Assembly (NCBI GenBank): GCA_040954595.2
Contig: CM082577.2
Span: 1,736,001-1,800,000 of the forward strand
DNA length: 64,000 nucleotides
Reading direction: 5' to 3'
Source: Balanoglossus misakiensis
Lineage: Eukaryota; Animalia; Hemichordata
Part shown: in pieces, positions 53,201 through 64,000 of the stretch
How positions within the stretch are numbered: position 1 is the first letter of the stretch
Layout of the letters: each line of letters opens with the position of its first letter
The notes under the pieces: model-generated
Told to the model about the DNA's origin: nothing
Seen by the model: the letters and a program-made list of their open reading frames with translations, nothing else
Database searches by the model: none
Translations under genes and position numbers: made by a program

Positions 53201-56200
53201 GCCGTTTGGATTCGTATTTAAGGATAGCGACTGTCACCTTGCATTATAGTGCAGCGTCTATTGAAACGTTGTCCCAAATTTCTTTGGTTTCTCAGCCAGT
53301 TCCAGTTTTCCGCTTCGGCCATGATTCCTAAGGTCAGTTGCGCCGCGGTCATTATTTGCAACAGGACAATGAGGTTGTAAGCGTCTTTACGAGCGCCTCG
53401 TCACATCGACGTCGATGACACTGGGTTTGTGGCAAATCGTTGAGTTTTTTATTGGAGTTTACGGAGGTCGGAAGGGGATTCTTCCTTCAGTCTGACCTTC
53501 CTGAGACACTTGTCTCTACTATGCGCCAAGGAGTAATTATTTTTATAATTATTGTGATTTTAATGGCAAAAATAAAACAGACCACTGTCAGGAGAACCCT
53601 GACAATCCCCTCACTGTAGACACAAGTGACTAACTACGCCATAAAGATTTCAATGTCAAACCAGTAGCCCTGGGTACAATATGCTAAAGAAGGCCTTTGT
53701 CGAAACAGCCCCATGCAAAATCCTCGTCATCAAAAAGGTCATGACCCTAAATCTCACAGCACAATCCCACCATTCAGTCAGTTGTCAACCCCGCCCTTCA
53801 CAAACACACGTACATGATTGCAAACGTCTTTGTAACCGTGGTATATAAAGCAACAGGTAGACAGGGAGTTCACACACTGGTGTTCCCGTGTCCCAAATTA
53901 GGTCCAGATAAAATGAGGACATTTCTGCAAAAAGAGGTTTCTGTGACCAATACTAAAGAGTGAAGATTTCGTCACAACGGTTATAAAATAAGACGTAATG
54001 CACCAGTATTACCGTTCGAATACCTCCATGCTCTGACAATGGCCTGTTTATCTTGTAAAATGGTGTACATTAGGAATAGGTGCACTGACAGGCTGATGTG
54101 ACGACAGACATACACTATAAAAGAGGTAGTCCATGGGCCAGACAGGAATTTGGTATCAGAAAGATGGACAAAGCCTCACATGGTTTTTTGGAAAGGCCTA
54201 TATCTCTAGATTATAAATTGGGGTGATAGCCCTGCCTATCGAGTAGCTTTCTGCATTTTTTCCCTCAAAAACTAATGTAAGAACATAAAAATTTCCGACC
54301 CAAATTTTGGGGGTAGGGGAACTTTAAATTGCTGTAACTCCAGCAAAACTAAAGCCAGAACAGTCATTTACCACTCAAATTGTGTGTTTTTTAGAACTCT
54401 ACCAATATAATATATTTTGGTGGTAATTCATTTTGAATTGAGGTCAATAGAGGTCAAAAGGTCATGAAATTTGGGTCATTCTGAAAATTTGTAGTATGAC
54501 TATTTCTTGAACGATTTTTTTTTAACTTAAGTCTTCAAATGTCATCTACAAGATAAAATACTTTCCCAGAATCTATTTCAAACCAATAGAAAACCTTATT
54601 ATTCATTTATGACCAGAAAAACACAAATAAAGAGAAACGACAGAAAGACATCCAATTTTCCACTCAGATTTAAGGGTAGGGGAAACTTAAGTTCTTGTAA
54701 CTCCGGCAAAAATAAACCCAGAACAGTCATCTACCACTCAAATTGTGTGTTTTTTAGAACTCTACCAATATAATATATTTTTGGTGGTAATTCGTTTTGA
54801 ATTAAGGCCAATAGAGGTCAAAAAGTCATGAAATTTGGGTCATTCTGAACATTTGTAGTATGACTATTTCTTGAACGATTTTTTTGAACTTATAAGTCTT
54901 TAAATGTCATTTAGAAGATAAAATACTCTCCCAGAATCTATTTCAAACCAATAAAAAACCCTATTATTCAATTACGATCAGAAAAACACAAATACAGAGA
55001 TACGGAAGAATGGCACAAGACTTCAGACCCTGATATTGGGGTAGGGGAAACTTAAGTAGTTGTAACTCCGGCAAAAATAAAGCCAGAAAAGTCATCTACC
55101 TCTCAAATTGTGTGTTTTTAGCACTCTAGCGATTGTATATGTATTTGTTGCAATTTTGTTTTGAATTTAGGTCAAAGAGGTCAAAAGATCACAAGATTTG
55201 GGTAATTTCGAAAAATTATGGTACGAACATTTCCCGCATTAATTTTTTAAACCCAAGTCTTCAAATGTCATTTATGAGATAAAATACTCTACACGATTTT
55301 TTTTCAGACCAATTGAAGACCTTATTATTCAATTACAATCAGAAAAAAAATTAGTAGAGAAACGGGATAATAACAAACAATTTCCCACGGATTTTGGGGT
55401 AGGTTTGGCCATCTAACAGGTAAGTATACACCCAACTGATCATGCACATATGGTATTTAGGAGAACGGATGTGCAAATTTGTGAACCTTTGCATGCTGCT
55501 CATGTGCACTGTACTTGTATGATGATTCCTAACAATACTACGAGAAGGGGCCATTATAGCATTGTAGCTCTGATTGTGTATTATTGTTGGATACCATCCT
55601 ACAGTGTACAGGCACAGCAGATGACAAGCCAAGCAAAGGTTCAAAAATCTGCTTATTTTTTTTCCTCAACACAATATGAGCATGATCTATTTATATTCAG
55701 GTCCAGTATAATAAATAAAAAAATGGCCTCGTCACTCTACAAGATCACGCCTCCTGGATAACTTTGCTGAATACAGCTAACATACAAAAATACAAACCAA
55801 TTCAGGACCTCGCCATTGGTTTGGGCGAAGGTGAAATTCCTCAGGTGCAGTACCATCGGAAATGCCGAAGTCTCTTTACGATGAAAAAGGCTCTTGAATC
55901 TATCCTTTCTAAAGAGCAGTCGTCATCAACTGAGGGAACCAATACACTGGAACGTAAAAAAGAGGTCGAGCATACAAGGGTCTCGGTGTGATCACATTTG
56001 CCTATTTTGCTCCACCACTCAGTCGTGAGTTGGTTGCTGCTGAGGGTCACTATCATAGAAAGTGTTATAGGGACTATACAAGGCCTGATATTCAAGCAGG
56101 TTCAAGTCATATGGAGGTTGATGAAAGTCAACATGATCAAGATACTAGTTATGAGGATGTCCTGCAAATTGCTCAAGAAGAGTTATTTTCTTTTATCAGA

Positions 56201-59200
56201 AATGATTTGTTCACAAACCCTGAGGTAGTTCCCCTGACTGATCTATCAAACAAGTTAGTTACCAAAATGCTCCAACTTGGTGTTAAACAGGTTAACAATT
56301 CCACCAACAAAACTTGCAGCATACGCTAAATACGGAATTCAAAGGGACATTGATTTTTTTTGAATGATGTAAATGGTAGGGTGCTTGTATATCCGTCATC
56401 ACTAGATATAGGTACTGTTGACCTGAAGTACAATGCTGTAAGAAAAGAACTTCTTGCAGCAGAAAAACAATCACATGAAAGTATCATCACCACATCTGCT
56501 CTAATCCTGCTTACGCTGCTTGAATATCAGGCCTTGTATAGTCCATATAACACTTACTAAGATAGTGACCCTCAGCAGCAACCAACCCAAAACTGAGAAG
56601 TGCACGAATTTTACTGTCATTTTTCTTGGTGCTGCCTCCCTAAATGTGTTGTCCGTACGCAATTGCTGACAACGAACGAAAGGAGCTCTTGTCCTACTTC
56701 CCTTCATGTACTTGGTGGTGGAGCAAAATAGGCAAATGTGATCACACCGACACCCTTGTATGCTCGACCTCTTTTTTACGTTCCAGTGTATTGGTTCCCT
56801 CAGTTGATGACGACTGCTCTTTAGAAAGGATAGATTCAAGAGCCTTTTTCATCGTAAAGAGACTTCGGCATTTCCGATGGTACTGCACCTGAGGAATTTC
56901 ACCTTCGCCCAAACCAATGGCGAGGTCCTGAATTGGTTTGTATTTTTGTATGTTAGCTGTATTCAGCAAAGTTATCCAGGAGGTGTGATCTTGTAGAGTA
57001 ACGAGGCTTGCTTTATGGTCGGATTCATGACAGTCGAGAAAACAATCCCGTCGAGCCCTCTTGTGTGGAATAGAAGATGGGCTTGCCATTTTTTATTTAT
57101 TATACTGGACCTGAATATAAATAAATCATGCTCATATTGTGTTGAGGAAAAAAAATAAGCAGATTTTTGAACCTTTGCTTGGCTTGTCATCTGCTGTGCC
57201 TGTACACTGTAGAATGGTATCCAACAATAATACACAATCAGAGCTACAATGCTATAATGGCCCCTTCTCGTAGTATTGTTAGGAATCATCATACAAGTAC
57301 AGTGCACATGAGCAGCATGCAAAGGTTCACAAATCTGCACATCCGTTCTCCTAAACACCATATGTGCATGATCAGTTGGGTGTATACTTACCTGTTAGAT
57401 GGCCAAACCTACCCCAAAATCCGTGGGGAATTGTTTGTTATTATCCCGTTTCTCTACTAATTTTTTCTAATTGTAATTGAATAACAAGATCTTCAATTGG
57501 TTCGGGAAAAAAATGGTGTAGAGTATTTTATCTCATAAATGACATTTGAAGACTTGGGTTTAAAAAATTAATGCGGGAAATGTTCGTACCATAATTTTTC
57601 GAAATTACCCAAATCTTGTGATCTTTTGACCTCTTTGACCTAAATTCAGAACAAAATTGCAACAAATACATATACAATCGCTAGAGTGCTAAAAAACACA
57701 CAATTTGAGAGGTAGATGACTTTTCTGGCTTTATTTTTGCTGGAGTTACAACTACTTAAGTTTCCCCTACCCCAATATCAGGGTCTGAAGTCTTGTGCCA
57801 TTCTTCCGTATCTCTGTATTTGTGTTTTTCTGATCGTAATTGAATAATAGGGTTTTTTATTGGTTTGAAATAGATTCTGGGAGAGTATTGTATCTTCTAA
57901 ATGACATTTAAAGACTTATAAGTTCAAAAAAATCGTTCAAGAAATAGTCATACTACAAATGTTCAGAATGACCCAAATTTCATGACCTTTTGACCTCTAT
58001 TGGCCTTAATTCAAAACGAATTACCACCAAAAATATATTATATTGGTAGAGTTCTAAAAAACACACAATTTGAGTGGTAGATGACTGTTCTGGGTTTATT
58101 TTTGCCGGAGTTACAAGAACTTAAGTTTCCCCTACCCTTAAATCTGAGTGGAAAATTGGATGCCTTTCTGTCGTTTCTCCTTATTTGTGTTTTTCTGGTC
58201 ATAAATGAATAATAAGATTTTCTATTGGTTTGAAATACATTCTGGGAGAGTATTTTATCTTCTGAATGACATTTAAAGACTTAAGTTCAAAACTATCGTT
58301 CAAGAAATAGTCATACTACAAATTTTCAGAATGACCCAAATTTCATGAACTTTTGACCTCTATTGACCTCAATTCAAAACGAATTACCACCAAAATATAT
58401 TATATTGGTAGAGTTCTAAAAAACACACAATTTGAGTGGTAAATGACTGTTCTGGCTTTAGTTTTGCTGGAGATACAGCAATTTAAAGTTCCCCTACCCC
58501 CAAAATTTGGGTCGGAAATTTTTATGTTCTTACATTAGTTTTTGAGGGAAAAAATGCAGAAAGCTACTCGATAGGCAGGGCTATCACCCCAATTTATAAT
58601 CTAGAGATATAGGCCTTTCCAAAAAACCACATGAGGCTTTGTCCATCTTTCTGATACCAATTCATGAAAAATCGGGTCCTGGCCCATGGACTAAGGGAGG
58701 TAGAAATCAGATCTGCAGTGTTGCGTCAACGGGATCTCAAAAAGAGCAGTACCAGCCGAATAAGGAGGGTCAGAGGTCAACGCTCCCATCGTAACTCCTA
58801 TGACGTCCATCGTTCAGGATAAGTGCAGCGAACTTAACCCGTTACCAAGACAACACACTGCTGATGTAAACAAGGAGTTGAGTACGGAACAAAGGGACTA
58901 GACGACTTCAAGTAATTGAATTCCGAATATAAAACCCGTATGTTATCACGGGTCATACACAAGTATTCCATAATATCATCATACCACCAGAGGTTGAGAT
59001 GTAGTCGTAGCAATTCAGGCGAACCACTAATTGAACGGACGCCATCGGCAATGTCCACGAAATGGTTCTACAAAAATAAGAGTAACCGACTATCTTGAAA
59101 TCTGATTCGTCTCCCGTTTCTTGTCAATGCAGTTGGCTGTTTCAATTCTTGAAACAGCTAACCGATGGGGACAGTGTTTTGACGTCACTCAATTCTATCT

Positions 59201-62200
59201 TTGAGTATAGCTGCATAGAAGTGCACGAAGCTGTTACCTCTCTATAGCAACGAAATGCCGTTTGTTCATGAATTCCTAACACACAGATTTGGAAAAGTGG
59301 TAGCTCGTGCATGCAGGCTAAATCATTTTATGTGATTCAATGCCTGTACGCCGGTAGTTTCATTAAAGGATAGCGAACGACACAACCGCGTCGGGATGCC
59401 TTTTAAAACTGCCATGATTTGAACGATTACCGAAAGTGTCGATACTTGAAAGTTTTACACTCGAGCCGACAGTACTCTTACTTGCACCGAGAGGCATGTA
59501 ACTCCGGCGAACAGAAACGAGGTTTACACCTAAATTGAATCTGGTGATTTTTTCGCCTTTTTTGTAAAAGAGCCGCGATTGACAGAATAATTGAATTGAG
59601 TTCTTCCTGAGCACGTTCGTGTGAGATGCATTTCCGATCCAAAGACTCGCATTAAGGCCGATTCTGGCCGTAAAATACGTTTTAATCGGGCACATTTGTC
59701 GGTTTTGGCGGTAAGCCCTGAAAGTTCATCCTTTATTCATCACGGAGCGCAAATTCGACGTTTATCTCAATACAGATGAAGGGTGAGTCGGGTTTCTACT
59801 CTAAATTATAAAGCTTGTGAGTAAAGACCGGAAAGCCGCTTGCTTTAATGATGAAGACCCCCTCTCCCTCTCTCTCCCTTCCTCATCTCTCAAAGTCATA
59901 TCTAACACTTTTGTCCACAAACGTCGGTTTTCTCCCAGCGTTTACGGGCAGTAATAATCCCATACCTTATCAGATCTGGACGACACGATGTGTTCACGTG
60001 TGACAGCGATCATGGAACCATCGATATACTCAACCTGAACCCCAGATATTATTACTCAGTAAACAATGACTTTTCTGGAGGTTGATTTATTGAAGGCGGG
60101 AGAACTGATAAGCTCTGCATCAACAGGTAGTCGTCTGTTACTGGGGTTCTTTTCTATGGGTGATCAAAACAAGTAGACTTTGGCCGACTTTGTCACAATG
60201 GTGATGACAGAACATGTACACAGCAAGGTATGCTCAAAAATGTACAGAGCTTTACGAAAACTGATGCGGTTTTCGATCAAATTTAAAGAATTCTGCACAC
60301 TTTTGTCCTCTATTGAAAAATAATTGTTATAAACGTGATGGTCTTTGTGGTCTGCGATGATTTGTGATTGTACGAGACTGAACTATCTCCGGTTTCTGAT
60401 TTTTTTAATGCGGCGGTACAAGAATAATGCCTGCACCTTTGACATTCCTGTGCACCGTTTACAACGGGATGGACCTCCCATCAATTTAGCGCCGAGGTGT
60501 TATATTCGGCGCGTATCGTCTTGAAAGCAGTCTGCAAAGTGAGTTCTCCGGGACAGCTCACTGTAATCCCTACGTCAAGCTGAGCGGTTCAACAAAGGTG
60601 GTCGACCCCGCCCAACCGCGGAGAAAGTGGCTATCAAACAACTCGAACAGGAACTTGGCAGCACCGTCATTTTGGTGCAAAATGGCTTAACATGTTTAAG
60701 GACAACACGTCTTTATATTTTTGTCGAGTGTTCTGTGACGTGCAGTAGGCCCAACTTGCTAAAGTACGTTGACTGTCAAGCTGCACTATGATGGAAGTGA
60801 CCACAGACAAGTGATATGCTGGAGCGTTCAACGGTCACCGGCGATTGTGCATGCAAAATACTGTGTTTTGTGGGAAAGTTTTCAAACGTCTGAAAGCCTC
60901 AACATGCACGTACACTGCCATTTTGGACGACAATGAAAACTTATTCAATCACGACCTTTTTTGCCTTGTCTGTGATACAATATGTTGAAGGACAGAGGCT
61001 AGTGTGCACTGCAGGTCATATACAGGGCGTTTAAGACATGCTCTGGTCACTTAAAAAAGTGGAAATGGGTATTTTTATTTGTGGTTTTGGGGGATAAAAG
61101 AGTTTAATACGATTTCATCAGTTAGAAATCAAATCGCGTTGTATCTGATCTAACTCCCGGCGCGAAGACCGTTATATAAATGATATCGCCATTATAATGT
61201 GTAGTTAAATATTGTGACGGAACTGATCCTTTGATGGGTAGATAGAACCTTGAATCGTAATACGTGAAGTGGAACTATCGATTCGCTGTGATAGCATTAT
61301 AACATCAGTTTTGTTATTTCCGCGGCTAATATGGGTCAATCATGCGCGTCATAGATTTTTTTTCATCAAACATTAGCCGCCCGTGACGAGAGATAAAAAC
61401 GCCGGGTGGGGGATCCCGTCAAAGGCGGTGATGATTCGCAAGGACAGCGGTCCGATTCCGTCACTAATCGGGCACTATGTGATGTCAATCGTTACACCAC
61501 TTGAACGCTATGATACGCCAATAATTGCACATCAGTTGACGACGTTGCCATAGTAAAGACCCATTCACTGACATCTGTCACGCAATGATGACTCTGAAGC
61601 TCACACATCACGGTGGCTTTGCCAACAAAACCCGACCAAGCGCCATTATTCAAATACTTTGTATTAAGCGTATAATCGACGTCGTGCACAATATGCTAAT
61701 CCATATATAAAATCGAGACGATCGGCTGATTTCAATCAGTTGGCCCGCAGTGTGCATTTGACATTGTTATCGCCACAATCATAGGAAATAATAATACCCT
61801 ATTCGCGTCCACGCGTTTTACTTAAAACTGATAACAGTAGTGTATTTATGAACAGAACATTACAATAATTAGTTCATCAATACTAAATGACTTGACAGAG
61901 AGACACTGATTCGTTTGTGATCCATCTGTTCGTTCCCTTTCCACGTCAACTCGGTCGTTCTAGCCGGACAACGGACGGCGTTGTTCTGCTAAATAGCGAC
62001 GGTGATAAAAAAAAACACAGGCGACCTTTAAATGCAATGGGTGCCCTGACCGTGACAGATAATTCGAGCGCAGTGCATCTAACGGGCAGGCGGCATGGAC
62101 CTTCGTTATACACATGGGTGGAAACTGCTGACCAGTAGCGTGTTCATTTTATCGTGCGAAAACAAGTGTGCGACGGTGCTCCCGTGCGACGAATAAGCTG

Positions 62201-63596
62201 ATACTTATGCTTGAAAGGCCTTGTGGTTGGCATTATTTTGGTACAGTCGCCAGGACTGGCTCTCTCCGGGAGAAATTAAAGCATATGGTATATGATCTGG
62301 TTTCCTGCCTCAGGTCTTCGTAATGAGCCACGGCTCAACCTTGGCATAATTTGCAAAGTACTGAATAAAAAGAGCTCGCTGTGCCTGCCAGCTAGTACGC
62401 AACACGGAGATCGTGTGTCTATTCAACAGATCTAACACAGCATACAGTGTCAACAGGAATTATTGCTGGTTGAACTACTCCATCGCAAAGCCATCTCCGT
62501 GTGTATTAAATACAAACAGAGGACTATGTGCTTGTGTTATACAGTATACTGGTTGTCAGTTGGTTTAGAAATGTGAGGGTATATCTCAACGCCAGTCATT
62601 CCGGTCTTTAAATATCACATTTTGTTTCATAACACGGTATAATTTTATGGTGTCGTGTGTATATGTTCCGGTGACAGTCGACGTTGTCTCGGGCAACATC
62701 CACGCCATTGTAGTACATGTAATTGTCTGAGGTGATACTTTTGTGACGTCCGTCATGAATGTGCGTGTAAGTCTGGTGTAATTATGTATGTATGCGTGTC
62801 AAGGCGAGAGAGATGGCTCTGAGCAGTGTATATTGAAGACGCCTTTGATCAACATAAAAAGAATAACACTGGGTAAATGAACGCATGGGAAGGGCAGTCC
62901 TCTTATGTCATTGTATATGGTGTGCTTTCTCCTCCACAGTCCGCGCGGTCTAATCTATCTGCGAGTGTCAAGTGCACACAATGTATACAAACAAAGATTT
63001 TATACTCACAAACTTTTGTAAGGCTTCAGCAGTGTTTCTGTGTTCCGCGGGGTCGGGTTTGAATTGGGACCGTTCTTAAACAGGTCGTCGAACTTGCCTG
63101 TGTACGATTTGGGCTGTATTGCTAAAGGTGCATCGTGGAATTTGCCCAGTACGGAAAACAACGACTGGGCATACAGGTCGTTTTGCTTCGCGACGTCTTC
63201 CGTCCGATTCCGCGAGTCGCCTCCGTCTCGGAGTTCATTGTCGACATCATCGCCTCCTCGAGTCCTATTCGGTAAACTCTTATTTTCAACGTCTTCGGGG
63301 CTGAGTTGTTTATGTTTAGCGGCGCTATTGTCGCCGTACGCTTCCTTAACTGGTGATCCGGGTCCCGAATCGCTCTTGCCTAACTGTCTACGCATAGAAT
63401 GTATGTCCTGGGCCACCCTCAGGTCATCGTTCACCCCCCTGTCTGCGTTCTCGAGGAGCGGGCCTCCCCCGTTCTGCTTGATCACAGCGTTCCTCACGGC
63501 AGACAGGGGTCGTACGCCGCTCTCCATGCCGATCAGGACGAGCGTACACAGTACGAGGGAAGCCAACGTGATCCCCACTCTCTGCTTAAGTTTCAT
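41230..63596 (-). CDS. FAM20C: Secretory-pathway (Golgi casein) kinase FAM20C (~566 aa)
   Basis: Exons 63596-63010 (MKLKQR + signal anchor), 49848-49724 ([14 protein letters not shown]), 46756-46678 (GGTQVKL..ALFKP), 43763-43671 ([20 protein letters not shown]), 43557-43445, 42949-42769 ([12 protein letters not shown]), 42524-42415, 42233-42152 ([17 protein letters not shown]), 41909-41850, 41500-41230; 1701 nt open. The Glu in SDIERH is retained, so it is not a FAM20A-type pseudokinase. Confidence 0.93.
51389..51437 (+). repeat. Degenerate (GACA/GTCA)n microsatellite
   Basis: agaccgacagacagtcagtcagtcagacggacgtacagacagacagaca. Confidence 0.7.
54310..55400 (+). repeat. Subterminal tandem repeats of ~360 bp (3 copies) inside the left transposon arm; mirrored at ~57410-58500
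   Basis: GGGTAGGGGAA recurs at ~54310, 54674 and 55037 (remnant ~55396), each followed by GTAACTCC..CTCAAATTGTGTG..GAGGTCAAAA. Confidence 0.85.
55723..57089. pseudogene. Fragmented N-terminal transposase remnants, present in both orientations
   Basis: Plus-strand fragments at 55764-55991, 55988-56329 and 56360-56510; minus-strand copy from ATG 57089 ([22 protein letters not shown]...) to ~56516; frameshifts and deletions, no catalytic domain visible. Confidence 0.7.
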
Positions 63597-64000
63597 GGTT
63601 GCCAGGATGGGTCAGGGTGTGATCACCTCGCCGTGGAATGGATCACCAACAACGAAACGCCAGTCCAACTATCCCCTTCGCTGTCCACTGTCATCTGTGA
63701 CTACCGAGCTTGTAGCGGAGCACCGGCGATCGACGACTGCCTCCTCTCGTCGGCAACACACGGGTGTACGTGTATATGGGAACAGACAAGTCGCTGTGTG
63801 TTATGAACAATGGCCATATGCATATCACAACGTCATTAGACGCAACTGACTTAGGCCTGAATCGAACGCCACCATGATTGGCTATTCCGATGCCGTCGTA
63901 TTTGCATGGTGACCCGAATCACACCCCTCTGCCTGATCTGACCGATCGCCCGCACTAAACAACCGCGACAGTATACTGCAACACGGCGCTGTGGTAACAG

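Larger units (their letters stand above)
54127..58693. mobile_element. Non-autonomous Academ-like DNA transposon with ~2-kb inverted arms, in FAM20C intron 1
   Basis: Termini TAGTCCATGGGCCAG / CTGGCCCATGGACTA; 3-bp direct repeat AGG on both flanks (TAG termini and a 3-4 bp TSD fit Academ); arms ~54127-56099 and ~56516-58693 are reverse complements; broken ORF fragments with [14 protein letters not shown] and [10 protein letters not shown] motifs. Confidence 0.85.

Noticed and set aside
54119-58701. hAT assignment (8-bp TSD) for the palindromic element
   Set aside because: The 8-bp flanks differ (AAAAGAGG versus AGGGAGGT); only a 3-bp AGG duplication matches.
58834-59067. Exon-like open stretch with a good acceptor in FAM20C intron 1
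   Set aside because: No FAM20 similarity, weak donor, and not needed: exon 1 joins 49848 in frame.
63040-63849. 269-aa plus-strand ORF (also antisense ORFs at 11276-11755 and 24956-25273)
   Set aside because: Antisense shadows of GC-rich real exons; no recognisable domain.

Overview
Eukaryotic (metazoan, probably invertebrate deuterostome-like; the taxon is an inference) AT-rich genomic DNA with spliced genes. By manual splice-site and reading-frame reconstruction, the order is: FAM227-family gene (-, 3' end not found in the window; contains a 6.5-kb U12-type AT-AC intron), head-to-head with Chibby/CBY1 (+), then TOMM22 (-) and RPS15A (-, 5'TOP start). RPS15A is head-to-head with a 25-exon HEATR9-like gene (+) that has a long N-terminal extension, an RFX X-box and candidate microexons. 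Next come a ~4.3-kb 87/88-bp satellite and a 10-exon FAM20C kinase gene (-). FAM20C intron 1 holds a 4.6-kb near-palindromic Academ-like DNA transposon made of two copies of the same end. Main points of interest: the minor-spliceosome intron, FAM227-CBY1-TOMM22 linkage matching human 22q13.1, the foldback transposon, the microexons and an apparent mosaic CpG pattern. I found no convincing evidence of a wholly novel biological system; family assignments rest on recalled motifs, not database searches.
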